Shown one piece after another: positions 1-11,325 of a stretch of 64,000 nucleotides of DNA. Location: the NCBI GenBank assembly GCA_965219665.1, contig CBDCOD010000023.1, positions 56,114 through 120,113 on the forward strand. The letters run 5' to 3'. Origin of the DNA: Gammaproteobacteria bacterium. GTDB lineage: Bacteria > Pseudomonadota > Gammaproteobacteria > CAKMZV01. The notes below the pieces were generated by a model, which searched no databases, was not told where the DNA came from, and saw only the letters and a list, made by a program, of their open reading frames with translations. The position numbers were made by a program, and so were the translations under genes. Every line of letters begins with the position of its first letter. The first letter of the stretch is position 1.

Positions 1-1220
1 CTGCATCTAAGTTGGCTATGGCTTGTTGCACAGCTGGGTTGTGCACTTTAGATGAGGCTTTACGACTAGCAATTGCAGCAGCATTTTCTTGTAAATAGAC
101 TTGTAAAGCATCGGCTTGGTTATTGACTACAGCTGTTATGGCTTGTAGTTCTTCTAATTTTTGGCGTGCAAAAGCTAACCAGTTTTTTACATCGGGATCC
201 AGCTTGTTTTCACTGTTTAGGTCAAAAGGAACATGCAACAATGAGCAAGATGAAGCAATCATGAGATGATCTTGCTGTGTTTCATTCAATGTATTGATGT
301 CATCTACTATTTTTTGAATGTCTGTCTTCCAAATATTACGCCCATTAACAACCCCAGCAGAGAGCACTTTGCCTTTAGGTAGCAGATCAGATGCTTGCCT
401 CAGAGTTATATCAGCGCGTGTAAAATCAATATGGAATGCGTCAAATGGCAATGCAAAATAGTCTTCTAATGGTATAGATGGCGCGTCAAAAAAGCAACTA
501 ATCACAGTTTTAACATTACCAAAATTTATAGTAGCATAGGTTTCTTTCAAAGCAGCAACCCAGCTGGCAGGTAAATCAGTTACCAGTGCAGGCTCGTCAA
601 TTTCTATGCCTGCAATCCCTGCTGAAGTGATTTGGTTTATTAGTTCTTGATAAACTGGAACAAAGCGTTCTAATAGCTCTAATCGGTCGTGAATCCCTGT
701 TTTTTCACGCCCTAACCATAGATAGGTGATTATTCCTGGAAGGACTACTTTAACGTGACCGTAGGCTTGTGCTTCTTTAATTTGCTGTAAGAGTGGCTGC
801 GCGTTACACTTTAACTGCGTGTCAGCCTCAAATTCGGGAACGATGTAGTGGTAGTTGGTATCAAACCATTTGGTTAAACTACAGGCAGGTGCTTCAATGC
901 CGCTAGCAGTGCGGCCACGTGCCATGATAAACTGCGTATCTAAGGCGTTCTCAGTATCTATCAATTTTTGATAACGTGAAGGCACATTACCTAATGCCAC
1001 AGATAAATCTAAAATATTGTCGTAGAAACTAAAATCTCCCACAGTGATTACAGATAAATCAGCTTCTTGTTGCCACTGCCAATTTCTTTTGCGTATTTCG
1101 GTCGCAGTTTGCTGTAGATCGTTTGCGTCGACTTCTTGACGCCAGTATGCTTCTATTGTTTTTTTTAGTTCGCGATTGCTACCAATGCGTGGGAAACCAA
1201 GTATGTGTGATTGTGCCATG
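1..1220 (-). CDS. metE: Cobalamin-independent methionine synthase MetE, N-terminal part; gene runs off the window start
   Basis: Reverse-strand ATG at 1218-1220. My own translation begins MAQSHILGFPRIGSNRELKKTIEAYW, the typical MetE N-terminus, and the frame stays open to position 1. It is not in the ORF track because it is incomplete. Confidence 0.8.
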
Positions 1221-1291
1221 TTCGAGTCCTTAAAATTAAAGATAATGAAAGCTCTCAAAGAACTATTTCAGGGGCGCATTATAGAGTTGTG

Positions 1292-1319
1292 TGTGCATGC
1301 ACATTTTGCAAAGTTTTCA
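1292..1319. promoter_or_regulatory. Palindrome TGTGCATGCACA plus a TGCAAAGTTTTCA (T-N11-A, MetR-like) site upstream of metE
   Basis: Seen directly, 70-100 bp upstream of the metE start on the minus strand. Confidence 0.25.
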
Positions 1320-1366
1320 AGTGCATGTTGAGGGAAATAGGAAAAGGCAGTGTCGTTATTAATTGT

Positions 1367-1900
1367 TTATGACAGTTCTCTATTTTTTTTGAGTAATACT
1401 AGTAAGGCACCTGATCCACCCAAGCGACTGGGGCATGTTTCAAAGGATAGTATAAAAGGGACTTGTTTAAGCCAGTGTGGCAGTTGATTTTTGAGCTTCC
1501 CAGTGCCCTTGCCATGAACAATGTGAACGCATACTATGGACTGCTTATACCAATTTACCAAAGCTTTTGATAAGATTGAACGCGCTTCATCGACTGTTTT
1601 ACCATGTAAATCTAAAGAAGCTTGAATGGGTAGTTTTGCTCTTTTGAGGGCTTTGACATCCTTTTGTCTTGCCTGCGGGCGTTGAAAAGAGTCGTGATTA
1701 AAAGTAGTGTGCCGCAGATTAAGATTGTCCTGAAGTATGAATGTGATGTCAGTTGGTTGATGAGTGTTTGAAGTTATAGGTTCTTGTTTAATGGGTGTGC
1801 GCTCAAAATCATGACTGGCTTTGTCAATATCTTTAAGAGGTTTAACTGATTTTTTGAATTCATCAAATCCCATAAATTTATTAAGTACCTCTGTTATCAA
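1367..1900 (-). CDS. Smr (small MutS-related) domain protein
   Basis: C-terminal DLHGKTVDEA...VHIVHGKGTGKL matches the Smr-domain signature. Confidence 0.55.
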   Translation of the reverse strand: MITEVLNKFMGFDEFKKSVKPLKDIDKASHDFERTPIKQEPITSNTHQPTDITFILQDNLNLRHTTFNHDSFQRPQARQKDVKALKRAKLPIQASLDLHGKTVDEARSILSKALVNWYKQSIVCVHIVHGKGTGKLKNQLPHWLKQVPFILSFETCPSRLGGSGALLVLLKKNRELS

Positions 1901-2075
1901 TGGCTTATCAGTTTTTCATTATACTTAGAAGCAGCAATGAAGCGATTTCTTTTTTGTTTGCGCGCATCTTAACGCAGGCAATGCATAGGAATTACCGTAT
2001 AATCCTTTTGCCTCTTGATTTATGTGTGCATCCTTGATTGTTGATTATTTTTGTTTTGGGAGATAAATTATTTTT

Positions 2076-4055
2076 ATGTGGAAAAATTTAGTTACTTGGC
2101 TTATTGTTGGTTTCGTTGTGATAAGTGTCTTTTCGCATTTTGGTAGTGATCGCTCACTCAGTAATCATCAAGCCATTGATTATACAACTTTTATTGAGCA
2201 AGTTAAATCAGGGCAAGTTAGTTCTGTTGAGATAGAGGGCGGCAATATTTATGGGCAAATGAGCAGCGGCGATCGCTTTCAAACGTACAGTCCTAATGAT
2301 GGTGGGCTTATCGATGATTTGCTTGCAAATAGTGTGCGAATCAAAGCGATTCCTCCAGAAAAACCCAGTTTGCTTATGCAGATTTTAGTGTCATGGTTTC
2401 CATTTATTTTAATCGCACTTATCTGGTTCATGTTTATGCGACCTGGTGGTTCTGGTGGCGGCATGGGAGGGAGAAATCCTTTCTCTTTTGGTAAAAGTAA
2501 AGCCAGAATGTTGGCTGCTGACGAAATTCAGGTGACTTTTAAAGATGTTGCTGGTGTTGATGAGGCCAAGCAGGAAGTGTCTGAGTTGGTGGATTTTTTG
2601 CGTTCTCCTGATAAATATCAAAAACTAGGTGGCAAAATTCCTAAAGGCGTATTGATGATTGGTCAGCCCGGAACAGGCAAAACACTGCTTGCCAAAGCAA
2701 TTGCTGGCGAAGCCAGTGTGCCTTTCTTTACCATTTCAGGCTCTGATTTTGTGGAGATGTTTGTAGGTGTTGGAGCGTCGAGGGTGCGTGATATGTTTAC
2801 GCAGGCTAAAGAAAATGCGCCTTGTATCATATTTATTGACGAAATTGATGCAGTAGGTCGCCATCGTGGTGCAGGTGCTGGATTTGGTGGTGGTAATGAT
2901 GAGCGTGAGCAAACGCTTAACCAGATGCTGGTTGAAATGGATGGTTTTGATGGGCATGAGGGAATCATCGTGATTGCAGCAACCAACCGTGCAGATGTTT
3001 TAGATCCTGCTTTGCTACGCCCAGGTCGTTTTGATCGGCAAGTGGTTGTGCCGTTGCCCGATTTGAAAGGACGCGAGCAGATTCTGGCAGTGCATTCTAA
3101 AAAAACGCCTATGAGTTCGGATGTAGATGTATCCATAATTGCTCGTGGTACGCCAGGATTTTCAGGTGCGGATTTGGCTAATTTAGTTAATGAGGCCTCA
3201 CTGATTGCAGCACGCTATAATCGCACTAAAGTGAGCATGCATGAATTTGACTTGGCAAAGGATAAAATTTTAATGGGTGTTGAGCGCAGAAGCATGGCGA
3301 TGACAGAGTCAGAGCGCAGACTTACTGCGTATCATGAGGCAGGTCATGCTATTATTGGCTATTTGATGCCCGACCATGATCCTGTTTACAAAGTGAGCAT
3401 TATTCCTAGAGGGCGAGCACTGGGAGTTACTATGTATTTGCCAGAGCAGGATCGGTATAGTCATTCTAAGCAGCATTTGCTGAGTCAGCTTACCTCAATA
3501 TTTGGTGGCAGAATTGCAGAGGAAATGGTTTTTGGCGCAGATTATGTGACGACTGGTGCTTCTAATGATATCCAGCGTGCTACACATATTGCGCACAGTA
3601 TGGTAACAAAATGGGGGTTATCTGATTTAGGGCCTTTGCTCTACGATGCAGAGGACGATGAGCCTTTTGCACGTGGCATGTCGCCGCGTGGCGGCGCTAA
3701 GCCACACTCTGATGAGACTATGCGAGCAATTGACGCAGAGGTGCGCTCCATTATTGATAGTTGCTATGCTAGGGCACAGGAGCTTTTAACTAAGAACGAA
3801 GATAAACTGCATAAAATGAGTTCAGTGCTATTGGAATATGAAACAATAGAATCTGAGCAAGTTCGCCAAATTATGGAAGGCATTGATGTTACACCGCCTT
3901 CAGGTTGGGATAATGATAAACAGTCACCTCCAGACGATGATCAGCTTGAAGCTGAAGCTGATGATGCAGCACCACAAGAAGAGGAAGAAACCAGCAATAA
4001 GGCGGACAAGGATGCACCTAAAGAGTGGCCACATCCTGATGCTGGCTGGCATTAA
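2076..4055 (+). CDS. ftsH: ATP-dependent zinc metalloprotease FtsH
   Basis: N-terminal transmembrane segment, AAA Walker [14 protein letters not shown], Walker [10 protein letters not shown], zinc site HEAGHA and an acidic C-terminal tail. Confidence 0.95.
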   Translation: MWKNLVTWLIVGFVVISVFSHFGSDRSLSNHQAIDYTTFIEQVKSGQVSSVEIEGGNIYGQMSSGDRFQTYSPNDGGLIDDLLANSVRIKAIPPEKPSLLMQILVSWFPFILIALIWFMFMRPGGSGGGMGGRNPFSFGKSKARMLAADEIQVTFKDVAGVDEAKQEVSELVDFLRSPDKYQKLGGKIPKGVLMIGQPGTGKTLLAKAIAGEASVPFFTISGSDFVEMFVGVGASRVRDMFTQAKENAPCIIFIDEIDAVGRHRGAGAGFGGGNDEREQTLNQMLVEMDGFDGHEGIIVIAATNRADVLDPALLRPGRFDRQVVVPLPDLKGREQILAVHSKKTPMSSDVDVSIIARGTPGFSGADLANLVNEASLIAARYNRTKVSMHEFDLAKDKILMGVERRSMAMTESERRLTAYHEAGHAIIGYLMPDHDPVYKVSIIPRGRALGVTMYLPEQDRYSHSKQHLLSQLTSIFGGRIAEEMVFGADYVTTGASNDIQRATHIAHSMVTKWGLSDLGPLLYDAEDDEPFARGMSPRGGAKPHSDETMRAIDAEVRSIIDSCYARAQELLTKNEDKLHKMSSVLLEYETIESEQVRQIMEGIDVTPPSGWDNDKQSPPDDDQLEAEADDAAPQEEEETSNKADKDAPKEWPHPDAGWH

Positions 4056-4091
4056 TTATTGATTGCTCATTACGCTACTGAGCATAGCTGA

Positions 4092-5225
<1,134 letters not shown>

Positions 5226-5348
5226 TTCTTTATTTGCTGATGTGTTTTGTCGTTAGTTGTATATTCGCGCATAGGCTGCAATCTGTTCAGGTATAATGCC
5301 GCGCCTTATAGTATCCAGTTTAGCGTATTCAAGGAATAATATACCGAT

Positions 5349-5483
5349 ATGAAACGAACTTTTCAGCCCAGTACAATTAAACGCAAGAGAACACACGGTT
5401 TTAGAGCACGTATGTCCACAGTAGCAGGCAGACGCATACTCAATGCGCGTCGCGCAAAAGGTCGTAAAAAATTAAGTGCTTAA
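5349..5483 (+). CDS. rpmH: 50S ribosomal protein L34
   Basis: 44-aa [47 protein letters not shown], below the ORF-track size cutoff, sitting in the canonical position upstream of rnpA. Confidence 0.9.
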   Translation: MKRTFQPSTIKRKRTHGFRARMSTVAGRRILNARRAKGRKKLSA

Positions 5484-5517
5484 ACGTTTCTCGCTTTAAC
5501 GATTTACGTTCGTTAGT

Positions 5518-5871
5518 ATGTCATTGGACTACAGTTACCCTCAGAAAATGAGGTTGCTAAAGTCTCAACAATTTGATGCAGTGTTTAGCCAAGCGCGCTC
5601 TTTTAAGGTCAAGGGTTGGACAGTGTTAGCTGTTAATAATGCTGAAGGGCATCCTCGCTTAGGGCTCGTTGTTAGTAAACGCCATCTACCTCAAGCGGTT
5701 TTACGCAATCGTTTCAAACGTCAAGTACGCGAAACCTTTAGACTCATGCAACACACTCTAAAATTTTTAGATTTTGTGGTTATTCCTTCACCTAAGGCAC
5801 GTTATCTGGCGATAAAAGATTTACGCAGTCAGTTAGAGCATGCCTTATTAAACCTTTCTCGTACTTTCTAA
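5518..5871 (+). CDS. rnpA: RNase P protein component
   Basis: Basic 117-aa protein between rpmH and yidC with RnpA-like RLGLVVSKR and RNRFKRQ motifs. Confidence 0.85.
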   Translation: MSLDYSYPQKMRLLKSQQFDAVFSQARSFKVKGWTVLAVNNAEGHPRLGLVVSKRHLPQAVLRNRFKRQVRETFRLMQHTLKFLDFVVIPSPKARYLAIKDLRSQLEHALLNLSRTF

Positions 5872-5873
5872 TT

Positions 5874-7583
5874 ATGGAACAAATTCGTTGGTTTTGGTTG
5901 CTAATCTTTATGGTTAGCTTAACATGGTTAGGAGTACAGTTTGCAGAGTTTAGGCAAAACGTGGATACGCACAGGCAGTTAAGTTATACACAAAAGAATG
6001 CACAACAAGAAGCGACCATTAACGGTAGTGCTACTGCCTCTAAGGGGCAGAATGTAGTTGAAAATCCAACTAAGAATGCGGCTGCTACACCTTCTTTTGA
6101 TGCTGAAATTGCTGCTATTCCCAATCTTGACAAGACAACCATAGCAGATTCCAAACAGAGTGATCATAAGATTCGTGTTGAAACGGATAATTTTATCGTG
6201 CATATCAATACACTTGGAGGCACTATAGATAGAGCTGCCCTAAAGCGTTATCCAGTGAGTTTAGAGAATAAAGATATTCCTACTGATATTTTGGAGACAG
6301 GTAGTTATGAAATTCAGATGGGATTGGTTGCACAAGAGCAAGAGCGCGCGCCTCTGCATACTAATGCGGTGTTTGTTTCAGACCAGAACGAATACATTAT
6401 GGAGCCTAATAAACCGTTAGAAGTCGCTCTAAAATGGCAAAACCAAGGAGTGTCCATCACACGCTATTACTTGTTTGAGCCCAACACTTATGGCATAAAA
6501 GTACGTACGGTGGTTGATAACCGTAGCAATAATGCATGGTCAGCATTGGCATATACCCAATTAGTACGTAAACGTCCCAGTGATGATAGCTCGAGCCAGT
6601 TTATTTATACATACACCGGTCCAGCAGTTTATACACCTGAAAATGGCTATCAAAAAATCAGTTTTGATGACATTGATGATGGAGAGACCGATCAGCATGA
6701 GGCACTTGATCGCACTGTTGAGGGAAGTTGGTTGGGCATGCTGCAACACTACTTTTTTGCTGCAATTGTGCCTTCAGCCACAAATTCTATAAAAATACAA
6801 GCATTGAAAAATGAAACGGATAAACAGTACTATTTGCGTGCAATTCAAGAGTTAAGTGCTGGTGCTGGGCAGCAATCCAGCATGGAGCAGGTGATTGCAA
6901 TTGGTCCTACAGTGCAAGAGGAGTTGCTTAAATTGCACCCTGAACTAAGTTATGCTGTAGATTATGGTGTGTTTCATGTTATTGCTGCTCCGCTGTTTTG
7001 GCTGCTCAAACAGATTTATGACATAGTAGGTAACTGGGGCGTATCCATTATTCTGGTCACTGTTCTGATTAAGCTGGCTTTCTATAAACTTTCTGAGAAA
7101 AGTTATCGCTCAATGGCAAATTTGCGCAAATTAACCCCACGTATTCAGCAGATTCGTGAGAGATACGGTGATGATAAACAAGCCATCAATAAGAAGATGA
7201 TGGAAATCTATAAAAAAGAAAAAATCAATCCATTAGGTGGATGCTTGCCCGTACTGGTGCAGATTCCTGTGTTTATTAGCCTGTACTGGGCATTGATTGA
7301 AAGTGCTGAAATTCGCCAAGCGCCCTTTGCTTTATGGATACACGATTTAAGCGCTGCTGATCCATATTTTGTTTTGCCGATATTAATGGGGATATCCATG
7401 TTTATTCAGCAAAAACTCAATCCTGCACCTACAGATCCTATGCAAGCTAGAATCATGCAATTTTTACCGTTTATATTCACAGTGTTCTTCTTGTTTTTTC
7501 CAGCAGGATTAGTACTCTATTGGGTAACCAATAATATTTTATCTATTACCCAGCAATGGTACATTACTAAGAAAATCGTCTAA
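5874..7583 (+). CDS. yidC: Membrane protein insertase YidC
   Basis: 569 aa with an N-terminal TM, a large periplasmic domain and conserved C-terminal TM helices (LPILMGISMFIQQKL, FPAGLVLYWVTNNILSI). Confidence 0.95.
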   Translation: MEQIRWFWLLIFMVSLTWLGVQFAEFRQNVDTHRQLSYTQKNAQQEATINGSATASKGQNVVENPTKNAAATPSFDAEIAAIPNLDKTTIADSKQSDHKIRVETDNFIVHINTLGGTIDRAALKRYPVSLENKDIPTDILETGSYEIQMGLVAQEQERAPLHTNAVFVSDQNEYIMEPNKPLEVALKWQNQGVSITRYYLFEPNTYGIKVRTVVDNRSNNAWSALAYTQLVRKRPSDDSSSQFIYTYTGPAVYTPENGYQKISFDDIDDGETDQHEALDRTVEGSWLGMLQHYFFAAIVPSATNSIKIQALKNETDKQYYLRAIQELSAGAGQQSSMEQVIAIGPTVQEELLKLHPELSYAVDYGVFHVIAAPLFWLLKQIYDIVGNWGVSIILVTVLIKLAFYKLSEKSYRSMANLRKLTPRIQQIRERYGDDKQAINKKMMEIYKKEKINPLGGCLPVLVQIPVFISLYWALIESAEIRQAPFALWIHDLSAADPYFVLPILMGISMFIQQKLNPAPTDPMQARIMQFLPFIFTVFFLFFPAGLVLYWVTNNILSITQQWYITKKIV

Positions 7584-7619
7584 CCCTTTCCCCAAATTCA
7601 AGACTCACGCGTTGGTATC

Positions 7620-8945
7620 GTGCCTATCATAGAATCTACCATTGCAGCGATTGCTACGCCGCACGGTTTCGGCGGAGTGGGCATCATTCGCTTAAGTGGT
7701 TCAGGCGCATTATCTATTGCGCGTTCACTCATTCAGAAAACAGATATAACCCCTCGTTATGCGCACTTTAACTCGTTCTATGATGAGGACGGCATGGTCA
7801 TTGATTATGGTTTGGTGATCTATTTCCCGTCTCCCCATTCGTTTACTGGTGAAGATGTTGTTGAGCTCCAAGCGCACGGTAGCCCCATAGGCCTAGCGCA
7901 GCTATTACAACGCTTGTATCAATTAGGCGCACAGCCAGCAGGTGCTGGGGCATTTTCTGAGCGTGCATTTCTTAATGGCAAAATATCTTTAGAGCAAGCG
8001 GAAGGTTTAATGGATTTTATTCATGCCAGTAGTGTCCGCAGTTCCCAAGCAGCAGCCAATACTCTATCCGGCGCCTTTTCGCAGCAAGTAGATCAAATAG
8101 TGACCTCTATACATGCTTTACGTGTTTGGGTTGAAGCGGCTATTGATTTTCCTGAAGAAGAGATTGATTTTCTTGCAGATAGTGCGTTATTAGGTAAATG
8201 GCAACAATGCTGGGATGCTGTACAAAGCATTCAAACAGTAGCGCATTCAGGCAAGTGCCTGACAGAAGGAGTTCGCAGTGTCATTATTGGTGCGCCCAAT
8301 GTAGGAAAATCCAGCTTATTGAATCATCTTAGCACTGAGCAAACAGCCATTACTTCAGATATTGCAGGTACTACACGCGACATAGTGCGTACAACGGTAC
8401 AAATCAACGGCGTTCCTTTACTATTTAGCGATACAGCAGGGCTGCGTAGCACCAATGATAGGGTAGAGCAAGAAGGTATAAAGCGCGCATTAGAAGAAGT
8501 AAAAAAGGCTGATTTAGTGTTGCTTGTTGCTGATGCAACTAATCCGCAGTGGGGCTTTGAATTTGAAGGTACGGCGCAGATTATTAGAATATTAAATAAA
8601 ATAGACTGCGTTGATGGTGCGACTTTAGAGTCTATAAACAGTGATGCCATTGCAGTTTCAGCAAAAACTGGGGAAGGCATTGATTTTATGAAAGCGCAGA
8701 TATTATCACAGATTGGTTTTGTAGAAAGTGAAGGGCATTTCAGCGTACGTGCACGGCACTTATCTGTCATAGAGGCAGCACAAGCGCACTTGCAAAACGC
8801 ATATCAAGCGTTAGAAAGCAAGGAAGGGGAAATACTGGCAGAAGAGTTACGCTTGTCAGAGCAGGCATTAAGCGAAATTTCTGGAAAGATAAGCAGCGAT
8901 CAGTTGTTGGGCGATATATTTGCTGGTTTCTGTATTGGCAAATAA
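7620..8945 (+). CDS. mnmE: tRNA modification GTPase MnmE
   Basis: GTPase motifs GAPNVGKSSL and DTAGLR, and the C-terminal CIGK tetrapeptide. GTG start. Confidence 0.95.
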   Translation: MPIIESTIAAIATPHGFGGVGIIRLSGSGALSIARSLIQKTDITPRYAHFNSFYDEDGMVIDYGLVIYFPSPHSFTGEDVVELQAHGSPIGLAQLLQRLYQLGAQPAGAGAFSERAFLNGKISLEQAEGLMDFIHASSVRSSQAAANTLSGAFSQQVDQIVTSIHALRVWVEAAIDFPEEEIDFLADSALLGKWQQCWDAVQSIQTVAHSGKCLTEGVRSVIIGAPNVGKSSLLNHLSTEQTAITSDIAGTTRDIVRTTVQINGVPLLFSDTAGLRSTNDRVEQEGIKRALEEVKKADLVLLVADATNPQWGFEFEGTAQIIRILNKIDCVDGATLESINSDAIAVSAKTGEGIDFMKAQILSQIGFVESEGHFSVRARHLSVIEAAQAHLQNAYQALESKEGEILAEELRLSEQALSEISGKISSDQLLGDIFAGFCIGK

Positions 8946-8971
8946 GCCTGCCTATCGTGCAGATTGTTTTT

Positions 8972-9580
8972 TTATTGCGCTATCTCAATCATGACTTCAT
9001 TACGTCGTAAAGGCGGAATAGTCCACGGTGGATTATAGAATGCATATTTTGGTGAATCGAGCGCCTTAATATTATTGGCTTTAATAAAAGCACGTAGTTG
9101 CTCTTCATGCTCCTTTAAGCCAGAGCTGGTACCAGAAAACCGAATAGCAGCAAAAGTTTTTGGTGCAAGTTCTTTCAGGCTAATGCGCTCATCGTTAGGC
9201 TTTGGCAAATCAGCGAGTGTATACTCTGAGGGCATTACAAAACTTATTTGCCAATAATTCTCATCAAGTTGCTGTTGAACAGGCGCTGTCATAGCAATCT
9301 CTTTATTCGTTTTTTGTTCAACTGGAGCAGTCATGGCAATTTCCTGATTCACTGTGTTATCACCAAATATATAACCAGCCAGAATACGAAAGCCTGCTCT
9401 GGCAGCCTCATTGCGCTCTCCTTGAGTTCTCACCTCTGCAAGAATCATTGAGTCATAACGTCTGATTTCTATGTTGCCTTCAGCACGTATAACTTGGTAG
9501 TTAGGGATTTCAACATCACTCATGATAGGTCCTGCCAAAACATATCCAACGAGCACAACTCCTAATACAGTTACAAACAT
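8972..9580 (-). CDS. SOUL/HBP-family heme-binding-like protein with signal peptide
   Basis: Hydrophobic N-terminus plus SOUL-like YEVR-type beta-rich sequence. Contains a 14-aa internal tandem duplication. Confidence 0.5.
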   Translation of the reverse strand: MFVTVLGVVLVGYVLAGPIMSDVEIPNYQVIRAEGNIEIRRYDSMILAEVRTQGERNEAARAGFRILAGYIFGDNTVNQEIAMTAPVEQKTNKEIAMTAPVQQQLDENYWQISFVMPSEYTLADLPKPNDERISLKELAPKTFAAIRFSGTSSGLKEHEEQLRAFIKANNIKALDSPKYAFYNPPWTIPPLRRNEVMIEIAQ

Positions 9581-9753
9581 AATCTATTCTCCTTAATTAT
9601 TATCCATTACTAAACATTATATGCTTCAACGGTAATAATCTCATCTCATCTTGTCTTGTTTTTATTTGCTTTAAGCAAGGAATGGATTAGGATATGTTTG
9701 TATCACATTTTTATGGTAGAGATTTTATTTTGCAAGGGTTAGTAGAATCCCAG

Positions 9754-10308
9754 TTACGGGCAGGGAGCGTGTTGCCAGTTTTGCTTTTGTAGGGTAGCAA
9801 GATGCTTGCCCAGTAGGGTAATAACTGCTCTGGAGGTGACAGTAGCTGCTGTTATAGTATCAAAAGCTGTTGCTGCATCACGCATAGTCCAGTCATTATG
9901 AGCTGTTGCTGCATCAAATTGGCTTATCCAAGGACTTTTAGCATGCTCAATTTTATCACCCAGTCCGGGCGTTTCTTTGTGTTCTAAAACGCGAACAGTA
10001 TTTATTTTCCCTGATGTTCTTACGCCTACAAGTAAGGTTATATTTCCTGCATAGCCGTTAGAAGTAGTGATTTGATCGATCCTTCCAATTAGATGACGCT
10101 GATTGCATACTAGCCAAGTGTTTGAATTAAGAGATGTGGCTTGACCTTGGGGAAATATTTGCTTAAGCGTCCGTTCCTGATGCGCAGTCTTTGCCTTTCT
10201 AACAGCTTCTTCCGTGCTTTGGTAAACAACGTAAAGAATGAGTGAAATGCCAGTGGCAATAATCATAAGACTAAGAATAGGGTTTTGGTAGAGTCTCATG
10301 CTAAGCAA
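9754..10308 (-). CDS. rnfG: Rnf electron transport complex subunit G (FMN-binding)
   Basis: N-terminal TM followed by an FMN-binding domain with the covalent-FMN threonine motif SGATVTS (ATVTSRA in this sequence). Last gene of the rnf operon. Confidence 0.8.
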   Translation of the reverse strand: MLSMRLYQNPILSLMIIATGISLILYVVYQSTEEAVRKAKTAHQERTLKQIFPQGQATSLNSNTWLVCNQRHLIGRIDQITTSNGYAGNITLLVGVRTSGKINTVRVLEHKETPGLGDKIEHAKSPWISQFDAATAHNDWTMRDAATAFDTITAATVTSRAVITLLGKHLATLQKQNWQHAPCP

Positions 10309-10344
10309 ATCTCGTGATAATTAAGAGTAGGGATAAGAAATATT

Positions 10345-11325
10345 TTAGGTTCCATAAGGTTTAGGTCTGGTTAAATAGTCAATAAGTGGCGCGCTTAAAT
10401 TGGATAGTAGTACAGCAAAAGCCAAAGCATCAGGGTAGTTGCCCCATGTTCTGATAATATAGAGAAGGGCAGCAACTAAAGCGCCGAAAACAAAGCGCCC
10501 ACGACGCGTTGTAGCACCACTAACTGGGTCTGTAATGATAAAGAAAGCACCAATCATGGTTGAACCATAAAATAGGTGCAATATGGGTGAGGCATAGCGC
10601 TCTGGGTCTAATAAATAGAATAGCAGGCTAATGAGCGTCAGAGTGGTTAGAAAGGCGGTAACGGATTGCCATTTTGCATGGTTTAGCCAAAGCAAAACAA
10701 TTCCTGATAGTAAAAGTATTACATTAAGAACCATCCATAAATAATTTGAATTTCCTTTATAAAACAAATGGTTATTATGTACTTCATCCGAAAACGAATT
10801 TCTAATAATATCTAAAGGTGTTGCTGAAGTTAAGGTGTCGCTTAAAACATCTGTTCCTATCAAAAAATGCCATGCCTGCTGCAAAGAAGTACCGTTGCTG
10901 GCAGGGATTTGCCATTGAGAGAGTTCTGCAGGAAAAGAGATGAGTATCACTGCATAGCCTAACATTGCTGGATTAAAAGGGTTGAAGCCTAAGCCACCAT
11001 ACAAGTGTTTGCCAAAACCTATCGCAAATAGCATACATATAGCTATCATCCAGAACGGCGTTGTAGGTGGTAGGCAAAAGCAGATTAGCAATGCTGTCAA
11101 AATAGCACTACCGTCTAAAGCAGGTTTCAGTGATTGGTTGCGCAGTCTGAGGAATAAAAATTCTAATATCAGCGCCATGCCAATTGCAAAAACGCCCTGA
11201 AGCAATGCAGACCAGCCCCACATATATCCCCAGAAGATATACGCAGGCATTAAGAGTGCAATCACGCTGAACATGGTGCGTTGTACACTACTGCTATTGT
11301 GAATAAAGGGCGCGTTACGACTCAT
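10345..11325 (-). CDS. rnfD: Rnf complex subunit D
   Basis: Polytopic membrane protein with the RnfD/NqrB-like DPVSGATTRRGR motif. Confidence 0.9.
   Translation of the reverse strand: MSRNAPFIHNSSSVQRTMFSVIALLMPAYIFWGYMWGWSALLQGVFAIGMALILEFLFLRLRNQSLKPALDGSAILTALLICFCLPPTTPFWMIAICMLFAIGFGKHLYGGLGFNPFNPAMLGYAVILISFPAELSQWQIPASNGTSLQQAWHFLIGTDVLSDTLTSATPLDIIRNSFSDEVHNNHLFYKGNSNYLWMVLNVILLLSGIVLLWLNHAKWQSVTAFLTTLTLISLLFYLLDPERYASPILHLFYGSTMIGAFFIITDPVSGATTRRGRFVFGALVAALLYIIRTWGNYPDALAFAVLLSNLSAPLIDYLTRPKPYGT

Noticed and set aside
2279-3136. Several ORF-track entries inside ftsH on the opposite strand (61-157 aa), and similar antisense ORFs inside tgt, yidC, mnmE, metG, rnfC, mfd, recB, thrS, ilvI and hldE
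   Set aside because: They are fully embedded antisense to well-supported genes, with biased composition (Ser/Arg/Cys-rich) and no recognisable motifs. Spurious.
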